Position numbers and translations under genes: made by a program
Notes under the pieces: generated by a model
Databases searched by the model: none
What the model was told of the DNA's origin: nothing
Seen by the model: the letters and a program-made list of their open reading frames with translations, nothing else
Part shown: positions 1 to 13,592 of the stretch, one piece after another
Layout of the letters: every line of letters begins with the position of its first letter
Position numbering within the stretch: position 1 is the first letter of the stretch
NCBI RefSeq assembly: GCF_006345805.1
Contig: NC_043016.1
Span: forward strand, 6,758,001 to 6,822,000
Length of the DNA: 64,000 nt
Reading direction: 5' to 3'
Source of the DNA: Octopus sinensis
Taxonomy: Eukaryota

Positions 1-372
1 TTAGATGTTGCAATAGCAGGCGATTCGAGGGTGAAATGTAAGGAAACAGAAAATAGTGAGAAATACCAGCCACTGCGGGACGAGATAGGAAAGTTATGGA
101 ACATGAGGAAAGTAATGGTGATACCAGTGGTAACTGGGGCATTAGGAACACTTTCCAAGAGCTTTGAAAAACATATTAAAAATATTGGAGCTGCTGTCAG
201 GCTCGAAGTGATCCAGCAGACAGAATTGTTGGCTACACCTGGCATTCTAAGGAAAGTATTGTCTCTTTGAGTCACGGGAGAAGGCACTACTTGAAACCTT
301 TGGTGATTTGTTATTGACTGCTTTCAAGTAAAGAATAACCGGTAATTAAGAACTATCCGAGAGTCTTTCAGT
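1..372 (+). mobile_element. 3' end of R4/Dong-like non-LTR retrotransposon (RLE C-terminus plus 3' UTR), copy 1
   Basis: Frame from base 1 reads LDVAIAGDSRV...EKYQPLRDEIGKLW...VIPVVTGALG...LRKVLSL* (stop at 270), matching the RLE tail of the other copies; about 100-bp UTR, then (TAG)n. Confidence 0.85.
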
Positions 373-373
373 A

Positions 374-422
<49 letters not shown>

Positions 423-446
423 TGCAGTAGTAATGATAATGATAAC
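373..446. repeat. (TAG)n/(TAATGA) microsatellite
   Basis: Direct reading. Confidence 0.95.
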
Positions 447-3389
447 GATTCTATGTAGTGAAAAGATTATAAAACAACAACATTCTCACAAAAAGCCGAC
501 TTGGCAAGAGCGTATTCAACACCAAATCCAGCAACTTAGGTTTGACATAGAATGTTTAAAAAAAACTTTAAGTTTGTCAAGAGTATCAAACCAACAAAAA
601 TCTGAAAATTAAAGAAAAAATATAATAGGAAAACTATATTTGACACCGATACCTCCATAGAAACCATCAAGCAAAAGGTAAGTGCTAAAGCTGCCCGTAT
701 AGCAAGGTATGAAACCCGCGTTAGATTCTTCAAGGACAACAACATGTTCAAAAATAACTAAAAAGAAATTTTACAGGAAGATAGGGAAAATACCAGTTAC
801 AGTAAAGTCTACCTCATCAAAAGAAGAGGTGTAGGAATTTTGGAATAAAATTTGGGCAGAAGAAAAACCACACAATGAAAACGTCTCTTGGATTGAAAGA
901 ATATCTACATATTTAAACTCCTTAGAAGAGCAAAAGTGGGATGGTGTCAAGGAAGCGTATGTAAGATCTGCGCTCAAGAAGTCAAGCAAATGGAAGTCTC
1001 CAGAAAAGGATAAAATTCCTAACTTCTGGCTGAATGGCTTCCCAGAAAGTCATGAGCCGCTAACAAAACTTTACAACAATGTTTCACAACAGCCTAGTAT
1101 GATTCCCTCTTGGCTAGTTAATGGTGTAACATTCCTACTTCGAAAAACTGAAGAAACAAATGAACTAAAAAATTATAGACCCATAACCTGCTTAACAACA
1201 ATGTATAAAATACTAACATCTGTCTTGATTGAATATACCTATAGTATACCTAAAAGTGGCATATTCCCTAATGAGCAAAAAGGATGTAAACGTGGGTCAT
1301 TTGATTGTAAAGATCAGCTGCTCACCAATAAGATGATCTTGGAAGATTGTCACAAACGACACAAAACTAGCCGATAGCCTGGATAGACTATAAAAAAACT
1401 TTTGATAGCCTACCACATAGCTGGATTATGAAATGTCCGGAAATGTATAAAATAGCGCCTACTCTGCGAAACTTTTTGTCTGTAAGTATGAGATCATAGA
1501 AAACAACACTGATTTTGAACAGTGACAATGAATCTCTCAATGCTGGAGATGTAAGAATGTCATGTGGCATTTCCCAGGGTGACTCTCTATCACTCCTCCT
1601 CTTTTGTCAAGCCTTAATACCTCTCTCAAAATTATTCGATGATGTACAATATAGCTATAAAATGTTTGGTAAAAATATAAATCATCTCATTTACATGGAT
1701 GATTTAAAGCTCTTTGCAAAAAATGACCAACAACTACAGGGCTACCTAGCGATTGTTTAACAATTCAGTGATGACATCAGGATGCAATTTGGCTTCGATA
1801 AATGTGCAAAAACTACCTTTATCAAAGGACAAATGACAGAAACATTCAACGTTAATCTTTAACAGCAGAATGTCATAAAAGAGTTAGAACCAGTGGAGAG
1901 CTACAAATACCTAGGGGTATTTGAAGGGGATGGAATCAAGCATTCAATGATAAAGGGAAAGATCAGAAAATAATTATATCTTAGGGCAAGAGCAATACTC
2001 AAGACAGAGCTGGATGTAAGAAACAGGATCAAAGCGATCAATACTTTAGCCATACCGGTCGTGGCTTACAGTTTCAATATCATTAACTGGTCACTTACTG
2101 AAATATGTAATCTTGACAGAAAAATACGAAAATTGTTGACAATGCATAGAATACACCACCGTAAGGCAGATATAGAACGACTTCATCTGCCAAGAAAAGA
2201 GGGTAGCCGTGGAGTTCTACAACTGGAACAAACAATGAAAATTGCCACAATTGGCCAAAACACTTACCTGAAAAACTCGGAAGAGTGGATGTTAAAACTT
2301 GACACAAAACATGAAAACAAGAAAGCATCATACTCAGTAACAAAGCAGGCAAAGGTATATCTAAGTGAATTCCAAATACAATGAATCCCAGAATTAGACG
2401 TACTGGAAACAAGCACAGAAAAAGCTAAGGGTATGAAAACCAGTGCTAAAACTGCTGCCTTAGATATTCTTATCGATAAATGGAAAGAAAACCTCTCAAT
2501 GACAAATACCCAAAGAGAGCTAATAATACCGGTGTTGACAAAGCCCTTACTCATGAATGGCTAGTGTCTTCTGGCTTAAAATCAGAAACAGAAGGGTTTA
2601 TCATAACAGCCCAAGGTCAATGCCTACCTACAAGGAACTAGCAGGCCAACATATTAAAGAACAACATGTGTATGTCAATAACAAAATGAAAGCATTAATC
2701 ATGTTGTCTCCATGTGCAGTCTTCTAGCGCCTACAGAGTATCTCAACAGGCATGATAGAGCTGCACAATATTCACTGGGTAATTTGCGAAAACCTGGATC
2801 TGCCCCATGATAAAAACTGGTGGGAACACAAACCATCTCCAGTGTTTGAAAATGATTACCTCTCACACCTCTGCAACTTCACAGTTCAAACTGACAGGAA
2901 GATAGATGCAAATAGGCCAGACATCGTATTGAAAGACTTCAGACAAAAATCATGCCTCCTCATTGATGTGGCTGTCCTAATCGATATAAACGTATCTGTC
3001 AAGACCTACCAGAAACTGTGCAAATATAAAGATCTTGAAACAGAAATCAGCAAAATGTGGAAGCTGAAGACTAAAACAATACCTGTTGTCATAGGGGCCC
3101 TGGGAATGATAGCAAAAGGGGCTGATTCCTACTTAACTCAGATATCAGGAAACCCCAGAATAGCAGAAATTCAAAAGATAGTACTTATGGGAACTGCCCA
3201 TATACTCCGTAAAATACTGTCTATGTTACCTCAAATTTTAAAGCAGATTTATAATGTTCTTATGTTTTCTGAAACATTCCCTAGAACAATTCTATGTCCA
3301 AAGCCAAATATGTGACACCCTAGGTATGATACCATCTTGAACTTCTGACTTGGAGTCAATTTGTACAAATACAAAGCAAAAAGTGAAGC

Positions 3390-3394
<5 letters not shown>
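447..3394 (+). mobile_element. 5'-truncated, degraded R4/Dong-like LINE (RT, CCHC finger, RLE), copy 2
   Basis: Fragments [57 protein letters not shown] across several stops and frameshifts; ends in (TAA)n. Confidence 0.93.
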
Positions 3395-3447
<53 letters not shown>

Positions 3448-3474
3448 GTAATGACAACAACAACAACAACAATG

Positions 3475-3525
<51 letters not shown>

Positions 3526-3552
3526 GTAATGACAACAACAACAACAACAATG

Positions 3553-3591
<39 letters not shown>
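3395..3591. repeat. (TAA)n array with two TAGTAATGA(CAA)6 blocks
   Basis: Direct reading; the interrupting block occurs twice. Confidence 0.95.
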
Positions 3592-3798
3592 TCTTCAAAT
3601 TTTGGCACAAGGCCAGCAATTTCGGTGAAGGGTAAGTCGCCTGCATCGACCCCAGTGTTCAGCTAGTACTTATTTTATCTTCTTCAAACGGATGAAAGGC
3701 GATGTCGACCTCAGCAAAATTTGAACTCAGAACGTAGCGAGAGACGAAATTCTGCTAAGCATTTTGCCCGGCGCGCTAATGATTCTGCTAGCCGCCGC

Positions 3799-3800
<2 letters not shown>
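3592..3800 (-). mobile_element. tRNA-derived SINE, family S1
   Basis: Minus strand begins AGGCGGCGGCTAGCAGAATC (A box), GAGTTCAAAT (B box), central GTCGAC..GCCTTTCATCC domain; homologous to 30623-30840. Confidence 0.85.
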
Positions 3801-3867
<67 letters not shown>

Positions 3868-3884
3868 ATAATAATAATAATAAT
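3801..3884. repeat. (CTA)n then (TAA)n microsatellite
   Basis: Direct reading. Confidence 0.95.
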
Positions 3885-5787
3885 AAGGATGTAAACAGAA
3901 AGGATGTAAACGTGGATCCTACGGCTGTAAAGACCAACTACTCATCAATAAGATGATCTTAGAGGATTGTCACAAACGACACAAAAACTTATCAATAGCC
4001 TGGATAGACTATAAAAAGGCTTTTGATAGCCTACCACATAGCTGGATTAGGAAATGCCTGGAAATGTATAAGATAGCACCTACTCTGCGAAACTTCTTGA
4101 CTGTAAATATGAGATCATGGAGAACCACACTAACTCTGAACAGTGACAATGAATCCCTAAATGCTGGTGATGTAAAAATTTCGTGTGGCATTTTCCAGGG
4201 TGACTCACTGTCACCACTCCTCTTTTGTTTATCCTTAATACCTCTCTCAAAGCTGCTCAATGATGCGCAGTATGGGTATAAAATGTTTGATAAAAATATA
4301 AATCATCTCATTTACATGGATGATTTAAAGCTTTTTGCAAAAAATGACCAACAACTCAAGGGCTTACTAGCGATAGTCAAACAATTCAGTGACGACATCA
4401 GAATGCAATTCGGCCTCGATAAATGTGCAAAAGCTACCTTTATCAAAGGAAAAATGACAGAAACATCTAACGTTAACCTTGACCAGCAGAATGTCATAAA
4501 AGAACTAGACCCAGCGGAGAGCTACAAGTACCTAGGGGTAATTGAAGGGAACGGAATAGGCATTCAGAGATGAAGGAAAGGATCAGGAGAGAATGCTATC
4601 GAAGAGTGAGAGCAATACTCAAGACAGAGCTGAATGCAAGAAACAGGATCGAAGCGATCAATGCATTAGCTATACCAGTCGTGACTTACAGTTTCAATAT
4701 TGTTAACTGGTCATTACTGAAATATGTCAGCTCGACAGAAAAATAAGGAAACTGTTGACAATGCATAGAATGCACCACCCTAAGGCAGATACAGAACGAC
4801 TCTATTTGCCAAGAAATGAAGGAGGCCGTGGTCTTTTGCAACTGGCAATAACAATGAAGATTGCTACAATTGGCCTAGACACCTACCTGAAAAACTCTGA
4901 GGACAGGATGTTAAAACTTGTCTCAAAACATGAAAACAAGAAAGCATCATACTCAGTCACAAAACTGGCAAAGGAATATCTAAGTGAATTCCGAATACAA
5001 GCAATTTCGGAATTAGAGATAGACATACAAGAAACAAGCACAGAAAAAGCTAAGCGCATGAAAACCCGTGCCAAAACTGCGGCCTTAGATATTCTGAATA
5101 ATAAATGGCAAGAAAAACCTCTCTATGGCAAATACCCAAAGAGAGCGAATAATGCAGATATTGACAAAGCTAATGGCCTCTGGCTTAAAATCTGAAACAG
5201 AGGGGTTTATCATAGCAGCTCAAGATCAATGCCTACCAACAAGAAACTGCCAGGCCAACATATTAAAGAACGGCAGTAGCCCAACATGTCGTGTATGCCG
5301 ACAACAAAATGAAACCATTGATCATGTTGTCTCCAAATGCAGTCTTCTAGCGCCTACAGAGTACCTCAATAGGCATGATAGAGCTGCACAATATATTCAC
5401 TGGGTAATTTGCAAAAACCTGGATTTGCCCCATGAAAAAACTGGTGGGAACACAATCCACCTCCAGTGCTTGAAAATGACCACATCTCACTCCTCTGGAA
5501 CTTCACCATTCAAACTGACAGGAAGATAGATGCAAATAGGCCAGACATCATATTGAAAGACTTCAGACAAAGAACATGCCTCCTCATTGATATGACTGTC
5601 CCAATCGATATAAACGTATCTGTCAAGACCTACCAAAAACTGAGCAAATATAAAGATCTTGAAATAGAAATCAGCAAAATGTGGAAGCTGAAGACTAAAA
5701 CAATACCTGTTGTCATAGGTGCCCTGGGAATGATAGCGAAAGGGACTAATTGCTACCTAACTAAGATACCAAGCAAAAGTCAAACAT
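3885..5787 (+). mobile_element. 5'-truncated R4/Dong-like LINE, copy 3 (same family as copy 2), 3' internal deletion
   Basis: ORFs 3953-4573 ([33 protein letters not shown]), 5125-5529 (CRVC..ETIDHVVSKC), 5466-5804 (RPDII..KYKDLE); colinear with 447-3394. Confidence 0.95.
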
Positions 5788-5799
5788 ATAATAATAATA

Positions 5800-5830
<31 letters not shown>

Positions 5831-5844
5831 TGATAATGATAATG

Positions 5845-5887
<43 letters not shown>

Positions 5888-5891
5888 TAAT

Positions 5892-5932
<41 letters not shown>

Positions 5933-5960
5933 TAATAATAATAATAAAAATAATAATAAT

Positions 5961-5992
<32 letters not shown>

Positions 5993-6021
5993 TAATAATA
6001 AATAATAATATAATAATAATA

Positions 6022-6052
<31 letters not shown>

Positions 6053-6076
6053 AATAATAATAATAATAATAATATA

Positions 6077-6124
<48 letters not shown>

Positions 6125-6246
6125 TAATAATAATAAATAATAATAATAATAATAATAATAAATAATAATAATAATAATAATAAATAATAATATATAATAA
6201 TAATAATAAATAATAATATAATAATAATATAATAATAAAAATAATG

Positions 6247-6286
<40 letters not shown>

Positions 6287-6565
6287 TAATAATAATAATA
6301 ATAATAATGATAATAATAATGATAATAATGATAATAATAATGATAATAATAATGATAATAATAATGATAATAATGATAATAATAATGATAATAATAATGA
6401 TAAAATAATGATTAATAATAATAAAAATAATGATAATAATAATGATAATAATAATGATAAAATAATAATAATAATGATAATAATAATAATAATAGTAATA
6501 ATAATAGTAATAATGATAATAATAATAATAGTAATAGTAATAGTAATAGTAATAGTAATAGTAAT

Positions 6566-6606
<41 letters not shown>

Positions 6607-6722
6607 CAATAACAACAACAACAACAACAACAACAACAAGAACAACAAGAACAACAACAACAACAACAACAACAACAAGAACAACAACACAACAACACAA
6701 CAACAAGAACAATAACAATAAC

Positions 6723-6761
<39 letters not shown>

Positions 6762-6869
6762 TAAAAAATAATAATAAAAATAATAATATAATAATAATAA
6801 AATAATAATAAAATAAAAATAATAATATAATAATAATAAAAAATAATAATAAAAATATAATAATAATAA

Positions 6870-6955
<86 letters not shown>

Positions 6956-7025
6956 GCAACAGCAGCAACAACAACAACAACAACACACAACAACAACAAC
7001 AACAATAATAATAATAATAATAAAA
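5788..7025. repeat. 1.2-kb composite trinucleotide array (TAA/TGA/TAG/CAA)
   Basis: Direct reading; explains the poly-I/L/Y/N ORFs. Confidence 0.97.
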
Positions 7026-9463
7026 ATAACAAACTCGGCATCTGAACAACTTTGGACCCCCATAACAAATGAAGAGGTCACCCAGGCACTGCAAAAACTA
7101 AGCAACTGGAAGGCACCTGGGCATGACAAGATCCCCAACTTCTGGTTGAAATATCTAACAGGAATGCACAAAAAGCTGGCTGAAAGCTTTAACAGCATAC
7201 TAGCAGAGCCAGAGACAATGCCTGAATGGCTCACGAAGGGGAAAACCATCTTAATTCCCAAATCAAATGAAACAACAAAACCAGAAAACTACAGACCAAT
7301 AACCTGCCCCCTACTATGTTCAAGGCATTTACTGCAGTGATATCGCAAAGGCTGAACAAGCACCTGGACGAAAACAAACTGTTCCCAGAAGAGCAGAAAG
7401 GATGCCGCAAGGGCTCATATGGCTGTAAAGATCAACTAATGATTAATAAAGCCGTAACTGAAGACAGCCACAGAAAGAAGAAAGGCCTCAGTATGGCCTG
7501 GATTGACTACAAAAAGGCGTTTGATAGCATCCCCCACACATGGATCCTCGAAACACTAGCCATTAACAAAGTAGCACCAACAATCATAAAATTCATAGAG
7601 CACTTTATGAATAAATGGCAAACAGTCCTACACCTCCAAACAAAAGAGGGACTCATGAAAACCAAAGACATCCCCATTAGAAGAGGAATATTCCAGGGAG
7701 ACACGCTCTCTCCACTCCTTTTCTGCTTGGCACTGTCACCTCTATCTGATATGCTAAATAGAACTGGATGCGGATATAAATGTTACGGCAAAACGATCAG
7801 CCACCTTTTATATATGGATGACCTAAAACTATACGCTGCAAATGACAAACAGCTGGAAACACTATTAAAGACAGTTCATGGATTTACCAAAGAAATAGAT
7901 ATGAAATTTGGATTAGAAAAATGCGCCAAAGTAACCATGAAAAGAGGAAAACTAGTTAAGAGTAACAACATCACACTAGATAAAACCAATGAAATAAAAG
8001 ACTTAGACCAAAGCCAAACCTACAAATACTTAGGAATCCATGAACTAGATAAGACACAACACACACAAATTAAAGAGAAAATAAAAAAAGAATATTATAG
8101 ACGAGTTAGATCAATACTAAAAACAGAGCTCAATGCTAAAAACAAGATAATAGGTATCAACACTTTAGCTGTCCCAGTTATAAGTTACAGCTACAATATC
8201 CTTAACTGGACCCGAAATGAACTGTCCAAAATAGATAGGAAAACAAGAAAAATACTGACAGGATCTAGGATGCATCACCCAAAATCTGACATAGAAAGAC
8301 TATATATACAACGTATAGAAGGTGGTAGAGGCCTTATACAGCTGGAAAACTACTATAAAATAACCACCATAGGACTGCAAAAATACCTACTTCAGAAGGA
8401 AGGAAAACTGATCCAGATAGCAGCAAAACACGAGCAAAACAAAAAACTGTTCTCAGTATTTAAGGAAGCTGACAAATACAAACAAGAAATCATACCACCT
8501 AATAAACACAAAGAAGAAGAAGAAGATGATGAAGAAACAACAAAAGCTATAAAACAAATGAAATCCAAACTAAAAATAGAACAGCAACGAACCATGATAA
8601 AACGATGGCAAGAAAAACCCTTCATGGTAAATACTGCACTAAACTAAACGCAAAAGAAATAGACAAAGAAAAATCCCAGCAATGGTTGAGAAGCTCAGGA
8701 CTCAAAGCAGAAACAGAGGGATTTTTAATTGCAGCACAAGACCAAAGCCTCCCCACCAGAAATTACCAAAAACATGTAATGAAAAGAAATATTACAAGTA
8801 ACTGCAGAATATGTGGAGATGGACAAGAAACAATAAATCATATTATCTCTAGCTGCCCAGTCCTGGCTAAGAAGGAATATATTCACAGACATGACAGAGT
8901 TGGAACCTACATACATTGGAAGCTATGCCAACATTATGGAATAACACAGAAAAAAGATGGTATAGGCACACACCAGAAAAGGTCACAGAAAACGAGAAAG
9001 CAACATACTCTGGGATATGCCGATACACACAGATAGAGAAATTAAGGCCAACAGACCAGATATAGTTGTCAGAGATCATGAAGAAAAAAAATGCTTTCTA
9101 ATTGATGTATCAATACCGGCAGATGACAACGTGTCTCTAAAAGAAAAGGAGAAACTCTCAAAATACAAAGACCTGGAAATAGAGGTAACTAGAATGTGGA
9201 ACCTGAAAACAGAAACAATTCCTATCATAGTAGGTGCATTAGGCATGATAAAAAATATTCAGACAAATACATAACAAAAACACCAGGACTTACAAACACA
9301 TATAACATACAGAAAATTGCACTACTAGGCACTGCACACATCCTACGCAGAACACTTTCCATACAATAACCATCAGAGCATCACAACAAATCACAGCACA
9401 TACCCAAGGCACACAGAGCTGCGCTCGGTAGTGAAGTGAAAGCACGCTATAAAAATAAAACTA

Positions 9464-9466
<3 letters not shown>
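7026..9466 (+). mobile_element. 5'-truncated R4/Dong-like LINE, copy 4 (different family, relatively intact)
   Basis: 443-aa ORF 7316-8647 ([35 protein letters not shown]), CRICGDGQETINHIISSC, RPDIVVRD..KYKDLE; UTR ending in (TAA)n. Confidence 0.96.
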
Positions 9467-9518
<52 letters not shown>

Positions 9519-9540
9519 TAATAATAATAATAATAATAAT
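9467..9540. repeat. (TAA)n microsatellite
   Basis: Direct reading. Confidence 0.95.
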
Positions 9541-10005
9541 AACGAACACCAAGACATAGAGAAGACCGGTGGTTATGGATGCGGAGTGTGACATGCAGAT
9601 AAGAGATAGAAGCACTAATATACGCGGCACAATAACAAGCGTTTAGGACGAACTATATGAAGTGCAGAATTAACAACGCAGCAGAGAGCGACAAATGTAG
9701 AATGTGTGGTGAGAGGGATGAAAATGCATGGCGCATTGTTAGCGAATGCCAAAAATTGGCACACCGCATTTACAAAAGGCGATATGTCAATGTGGCAAAA
9801 ATGATCAATTGGGATCTCTTGAAATCACGGCCTACCAAGAGCAAAGGCGTGGTGTGATCAAACCCCAGAAGGAGTTACAGAGAACAAAGACAGCAAAATC
9901 CTGTGGGGTGCAGTGATTCATTGTGACCATTATATCGGACATTGGAAATCTGACATTGTTGTGTTGAACAAAAGAGAAAAAGAAAAAATTGCATAATAAT
10001 CGATT
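9541..10005 (+). mobile_element. Degraded R4/Dong-like fragment (zinc finger to RLE start), copy 5
   Basis: MKCRINNAAESDKCRMCGERDENAWRIVSECQKLAHRIYKRRYVNVAKMINW aligns to the CCHC finger of the other copies. Confidence 0.8.
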
Positions 10006-10259
10006 CCAGCATTCTGTATATTACAAACGACGTAGCCTTTATCTATTCGTGAAAAATTTTATGTCTTTCAGTCTCATTCTATTAGAAACCTAACAATGTT
10101 CAAGTTAAATATAGTTTACTAAGTCTTTGTTGATATTCCTTTACCAGCCCTTAATGTTTAATTTATAATTACAATGTCTCAAAAGCCATTTCCATATTGA
10201 CGTTTAGAGCTGTTTACAGCTACATCACTTAAGGTTTGTTGCTCGCATCTTCGTACTTA

Positions 10260-10375
10260 AGTCTCGCTCTCTCTCCCTCCCTCTTTCTCTTTTCTTTCTC
10301 TTCCTATCTCTCTTTATATATATATGTATATACAGATACATTCATTCATTCATTCATTCATTCATTCATTCCATT

Positions 10376-10406
<31 letters not shown>

Positions 10407-10468
10407 CATATATATATATATATATATAATATATATTATTATATATTATTATATATATATATATACAT
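10260..10468. repeat. Mixed (CT)/(TTCA)/(TACA)/(TA) microsatellites
   Basis: Direct reading. Confidence 0.9.
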
Positions 10469-10632
10469 AGGCGCAGGCGTGGCTGTGTGGTAAAAAGCTT
10501 GCGTCCCAACCACATAGTTTCTGGTTCACTCCCATTGCGTGGCACCTTGGGAAAGTGACTTCTACTATAGCCTCGGACCGTCTAAGCCTTGTGAGTGGGT
10601 TTGGTACATGGAAACTGAAAGAAGCTCTTCGT
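10469..10632 (+). mobile_element. tRNA/CORE-type SINE family S2, 5' half
   Basis: GGCGCAGGCGTGGCTGTGTGGT head, GGTTCACTCCC B-box-like, GCACCTTGGGAAAGTG CORE-like; homologous to 43971-44383. Confidence 0.85.
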
Positions 10633-10699
10633 ATATATTAACTGTTTATGACATATCCTTCGTAATGTATAATTATTATATATATATACATATATACAT

Positions 10700-10702
10700 A
10701 TG

Positions 10703-10742
<40 letters not shown>

Positions 10743-10759
10743 TGATGATAATGATGATA

Positions 10760-10821
<62 letters not shown>

Positions 10822-10840
10822 AATAATAATAATAATAATA
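10700..10840. repeat. (TAA)n-(GAT)n-(TAA)n array
   Basis: Direct reading. Confidence 0.95.
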
Positions 10841-11254
10841 GGGAGTATATCCAAACTTACTGGTTTCTTTGTCTCTTGGTCTAAAAGTTCTAAGAATCCA
10901 TCGGGTCAGCCGCCTGCATTTCATTGTCAGTTTAGCAACATGTACATGAAAGGTCGCGTCATCACTCATGTGAATACCCAGGTCACGCACTGATTGTGCC
11001 TCTGGGATTGCAATCTTTCCAGGTCCAGTGTATTTATTGGGTATTGCATTTAGTTTTGCATGCTGATAGTATAAAGGTTGAAACTTTTCAGCATTGAACT
11101 GCATGCTATTCTTTTCAGCCCACTTGTATATTTCGTCCAGCTCATATTGCAGGTGCTTAGTGTCTTCAGGGTTCTGCATTACTTGTGAGACTTTTGTATC
11201 ATCTGCATAACTTGTGATCGTGGCTCTCTGTGTGGCTGAGGGCATGACTGAGAG

Positions 11255-11256
<2 letters not shown>
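10841..11256 (-). mobile_element. CR1/L2-group LINE RT fragment
   Basis: SYADDTKVSQ..LQYELDEIYKWAEKNSMQFNAEKFQ..VRDLGIHMSDDATFHVHV..WILRTF. Confidence 0.88.
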
Positions 11257-11288
<32 letters not shown>

Positions 11289-11292
<4 letters not shown>

Positions 11293-11480
11293 ATCCAAAC
11301 ATGAAAACACAACAATGCGAGGACGTGGAACAAGTATAGTGTTATTGGAGGCTCAAGATAGGAAAGAAGGAGGATTTAACGTTTCGAGCGGAGCTCTTCG
11401 CCAGAAACATAGAAAAAGGAAAGATCCAAGGAAGAGAAGACGGAGAAGGAAAATCGCCAACGATACACACGCGGTCACAT
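11289..11480 (-). mobile_element. Short PLE-type repeat family H2 with hammerhead-like motif (11374-11408)
   Basis: Homologous to 40735-40928 and 41816-42015; minus strand GTTT-CTGGCGA-A-GAGC(TCC)GCTC-GAAAC-GTT-AAAT. Confidence 0.75.
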
Positions 11481-11484
11481 AGTG

Positions 11485-11615
<131 letters not shown>

Positions 11616-11964
11616 GCACACACACATACGTATTAGTCAGAATAATCGAGTCAAGCCAAATAGTGATATTTTTAAACCTTAATCACTTAAAGCATTTTGA
11701 AAAATAGTTTTAAAATGTTTTAACTGAGGAAGGTTTACGTAATGGATGCATTTCCTATTATATATTACGAAAACTGAAACGTACGTATTAAATGATTTCA
11801 AAATATCACTATTTGGTTTAATTTTATTAATACAACTAACATGACTCAATACCAGTACAAAGTAACTGGTCTTGACTTCAGTGGATACTCTAACAACGAT
11901 GTGGGGTAGTTTGTTATATTTGGCTTGAATCGAAATTACGTTATCCTGCACCGCTTCGTAGCGT

Positions 11965-12222
11965 AACACGATATACATACGTAATACATACATACATACA
12001 TACATATATACATACATACATACACATGCATACATACATGCATGTATACATACATACATACGCACATACATACATACATACACATGCATACATACATGCA
12101 TGTATACATACATACATACGCACATACATACATACATACACATGCATACATACATGCATGTATACATACATACATACGCACATACATACATACATACATG
12201 CAAACACATACACACACACACA
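11965..12222. repeat. (TACA)n-rich array
   Basis: Direct reading. Confidence 0.95.
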
Positions 12223-12231
12223 TACGGAAAC

Positions 12232-12430
12232 GTGTATCATTTAAACTATTTTATGTTTGATCATATCTTCATTTCTGTTCCATTCTAACAAAACTGTCCG
12301 ATGAACAGAAACGTGAAACTCTGAGTAACATCTTTTATCATATTTCTGCTGCTTTTAATAAAGGATATTACTCTATCTCTGGTATTTGAGTACTCTTTTT
12401 TCCACCTTGTTTCACATTTATGTGTTTACA
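12232..12430 (+). repeat. About 200-bp repeat H4 copy 1, with hammerhead-like motif 12293-12330
   Basis: Direct repeat of 14203-14390; TGT-CCGATGA..GAAAC-TCTGA-GTA-ACA. Confidence 0.7.
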
Positions 12431-12656
12431 TATCATTTTCAAGCTTATGTTTTGCCGAAGTTCTTTTTATTATTTTATTATTTTATTATATTTTTATTGC
12501 ATTTTACAAACCTATTTAATTGTTTATATTTAATTTATAGATAATTCTATATATAGTGCTGCATTTTGTAAATGCCTTTTTTTAAATCCGAATTTTAATA
12601 TTTTAGTACTATATATACTGAGCAACTTTTAAAAAATTGTTTGTATATATACGTTA

Positions 12657-13033
12657 CTAGCAGTATCGCCCGGCGTTGCTCAGGTTTGTAAGGGAAATAA
12701 CTATAAAGCATTTTTAGAGAGTTATAGCCAAAAAGTAGCAAAAAATGGAAAAAAAATGATGGTAAATTTTTTTTTGAGATTTAGAAAAGGTAGAGTTGCG
12801 TCCCCTAGACTGTTTGTGGTTCGTATTCCTGATTCTCGACTCCATGTCGAATTTATCGATTTTTTTCAGAACTGGGGGAACTTTTCAAAATTTTCGCTGC
12901 GTTAGTTTTGAATTATGACATTGGGCTATGTGTGTGTCAAGTTTCATCAGAATCGGTTGAAAGCTGTGTTCAGGGTGAGGGTACAACCTGACAGACACAC
13001 AGACAGACAAACTGCCGTTTATATAGAGAGAGA
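12657..13033 (-). mobile_element. Non-autonomous Helitron
   Basis: Minus strand starts TC after A, ends in a GAGCAACGCCGGGCG subterminal hairpin-like motif then CTAG before T; internal (CAGA)n; same architecture as 30973-31340. Confidence 0.8.
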
Positions 13034-13592
13034 TGATCTAGATATGCTTTTATGTGTATGTGTGTATTGTGGGTATGCATATGTACGTGGATGTGTGTGT
13101 CAGTGTATGTGTGTAAGTATACGTGTATGTTTATATTTATGTACATACGTACATGGATGTATATGTATACGTGTATATACGTATTTACCTACATATTTTT
13201 TGTATATTTATATGCGTAATCATATATGTGTATTCGTATGCAAATATATAAGATAACTTATGTATATATATATATGTAATTTTATTTTATGTATGCGGTC
13301 ATTACGCACATTTCGTCAGTTATCTTTCGTTTCTCTTCTTTCTCGAGGTATCTTTTCTTTTCCATCTCGATACGAACTGGCGTCTTTATGTAACATCCGC
13401 CATTTCTCTCTCTTCTCTCGTTAGTTTTCCTTTTCTTTTTCTTTATATTTATTCTCTCCCTCCTCCCCACGCTCAATGTATACTTCCTATTCCTTTCGTC
13501 TGTAATAGATAACCTGTACATGTATACAACAAGAGATTTTGTGCGCGTGCATGTGTGCTTACATATATGTATATTAGTATTTGTGTAAAAAT

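Noticed and set aside
5780-7261. Long ORFs of 200-490 aa (poly-I/L/Y/C), and similar ORFs at 16793-17831 and 45567-46274
   Set aside because: They are translations of tri- and tetranucleotide microsatellites lacking stops; no domain signal.
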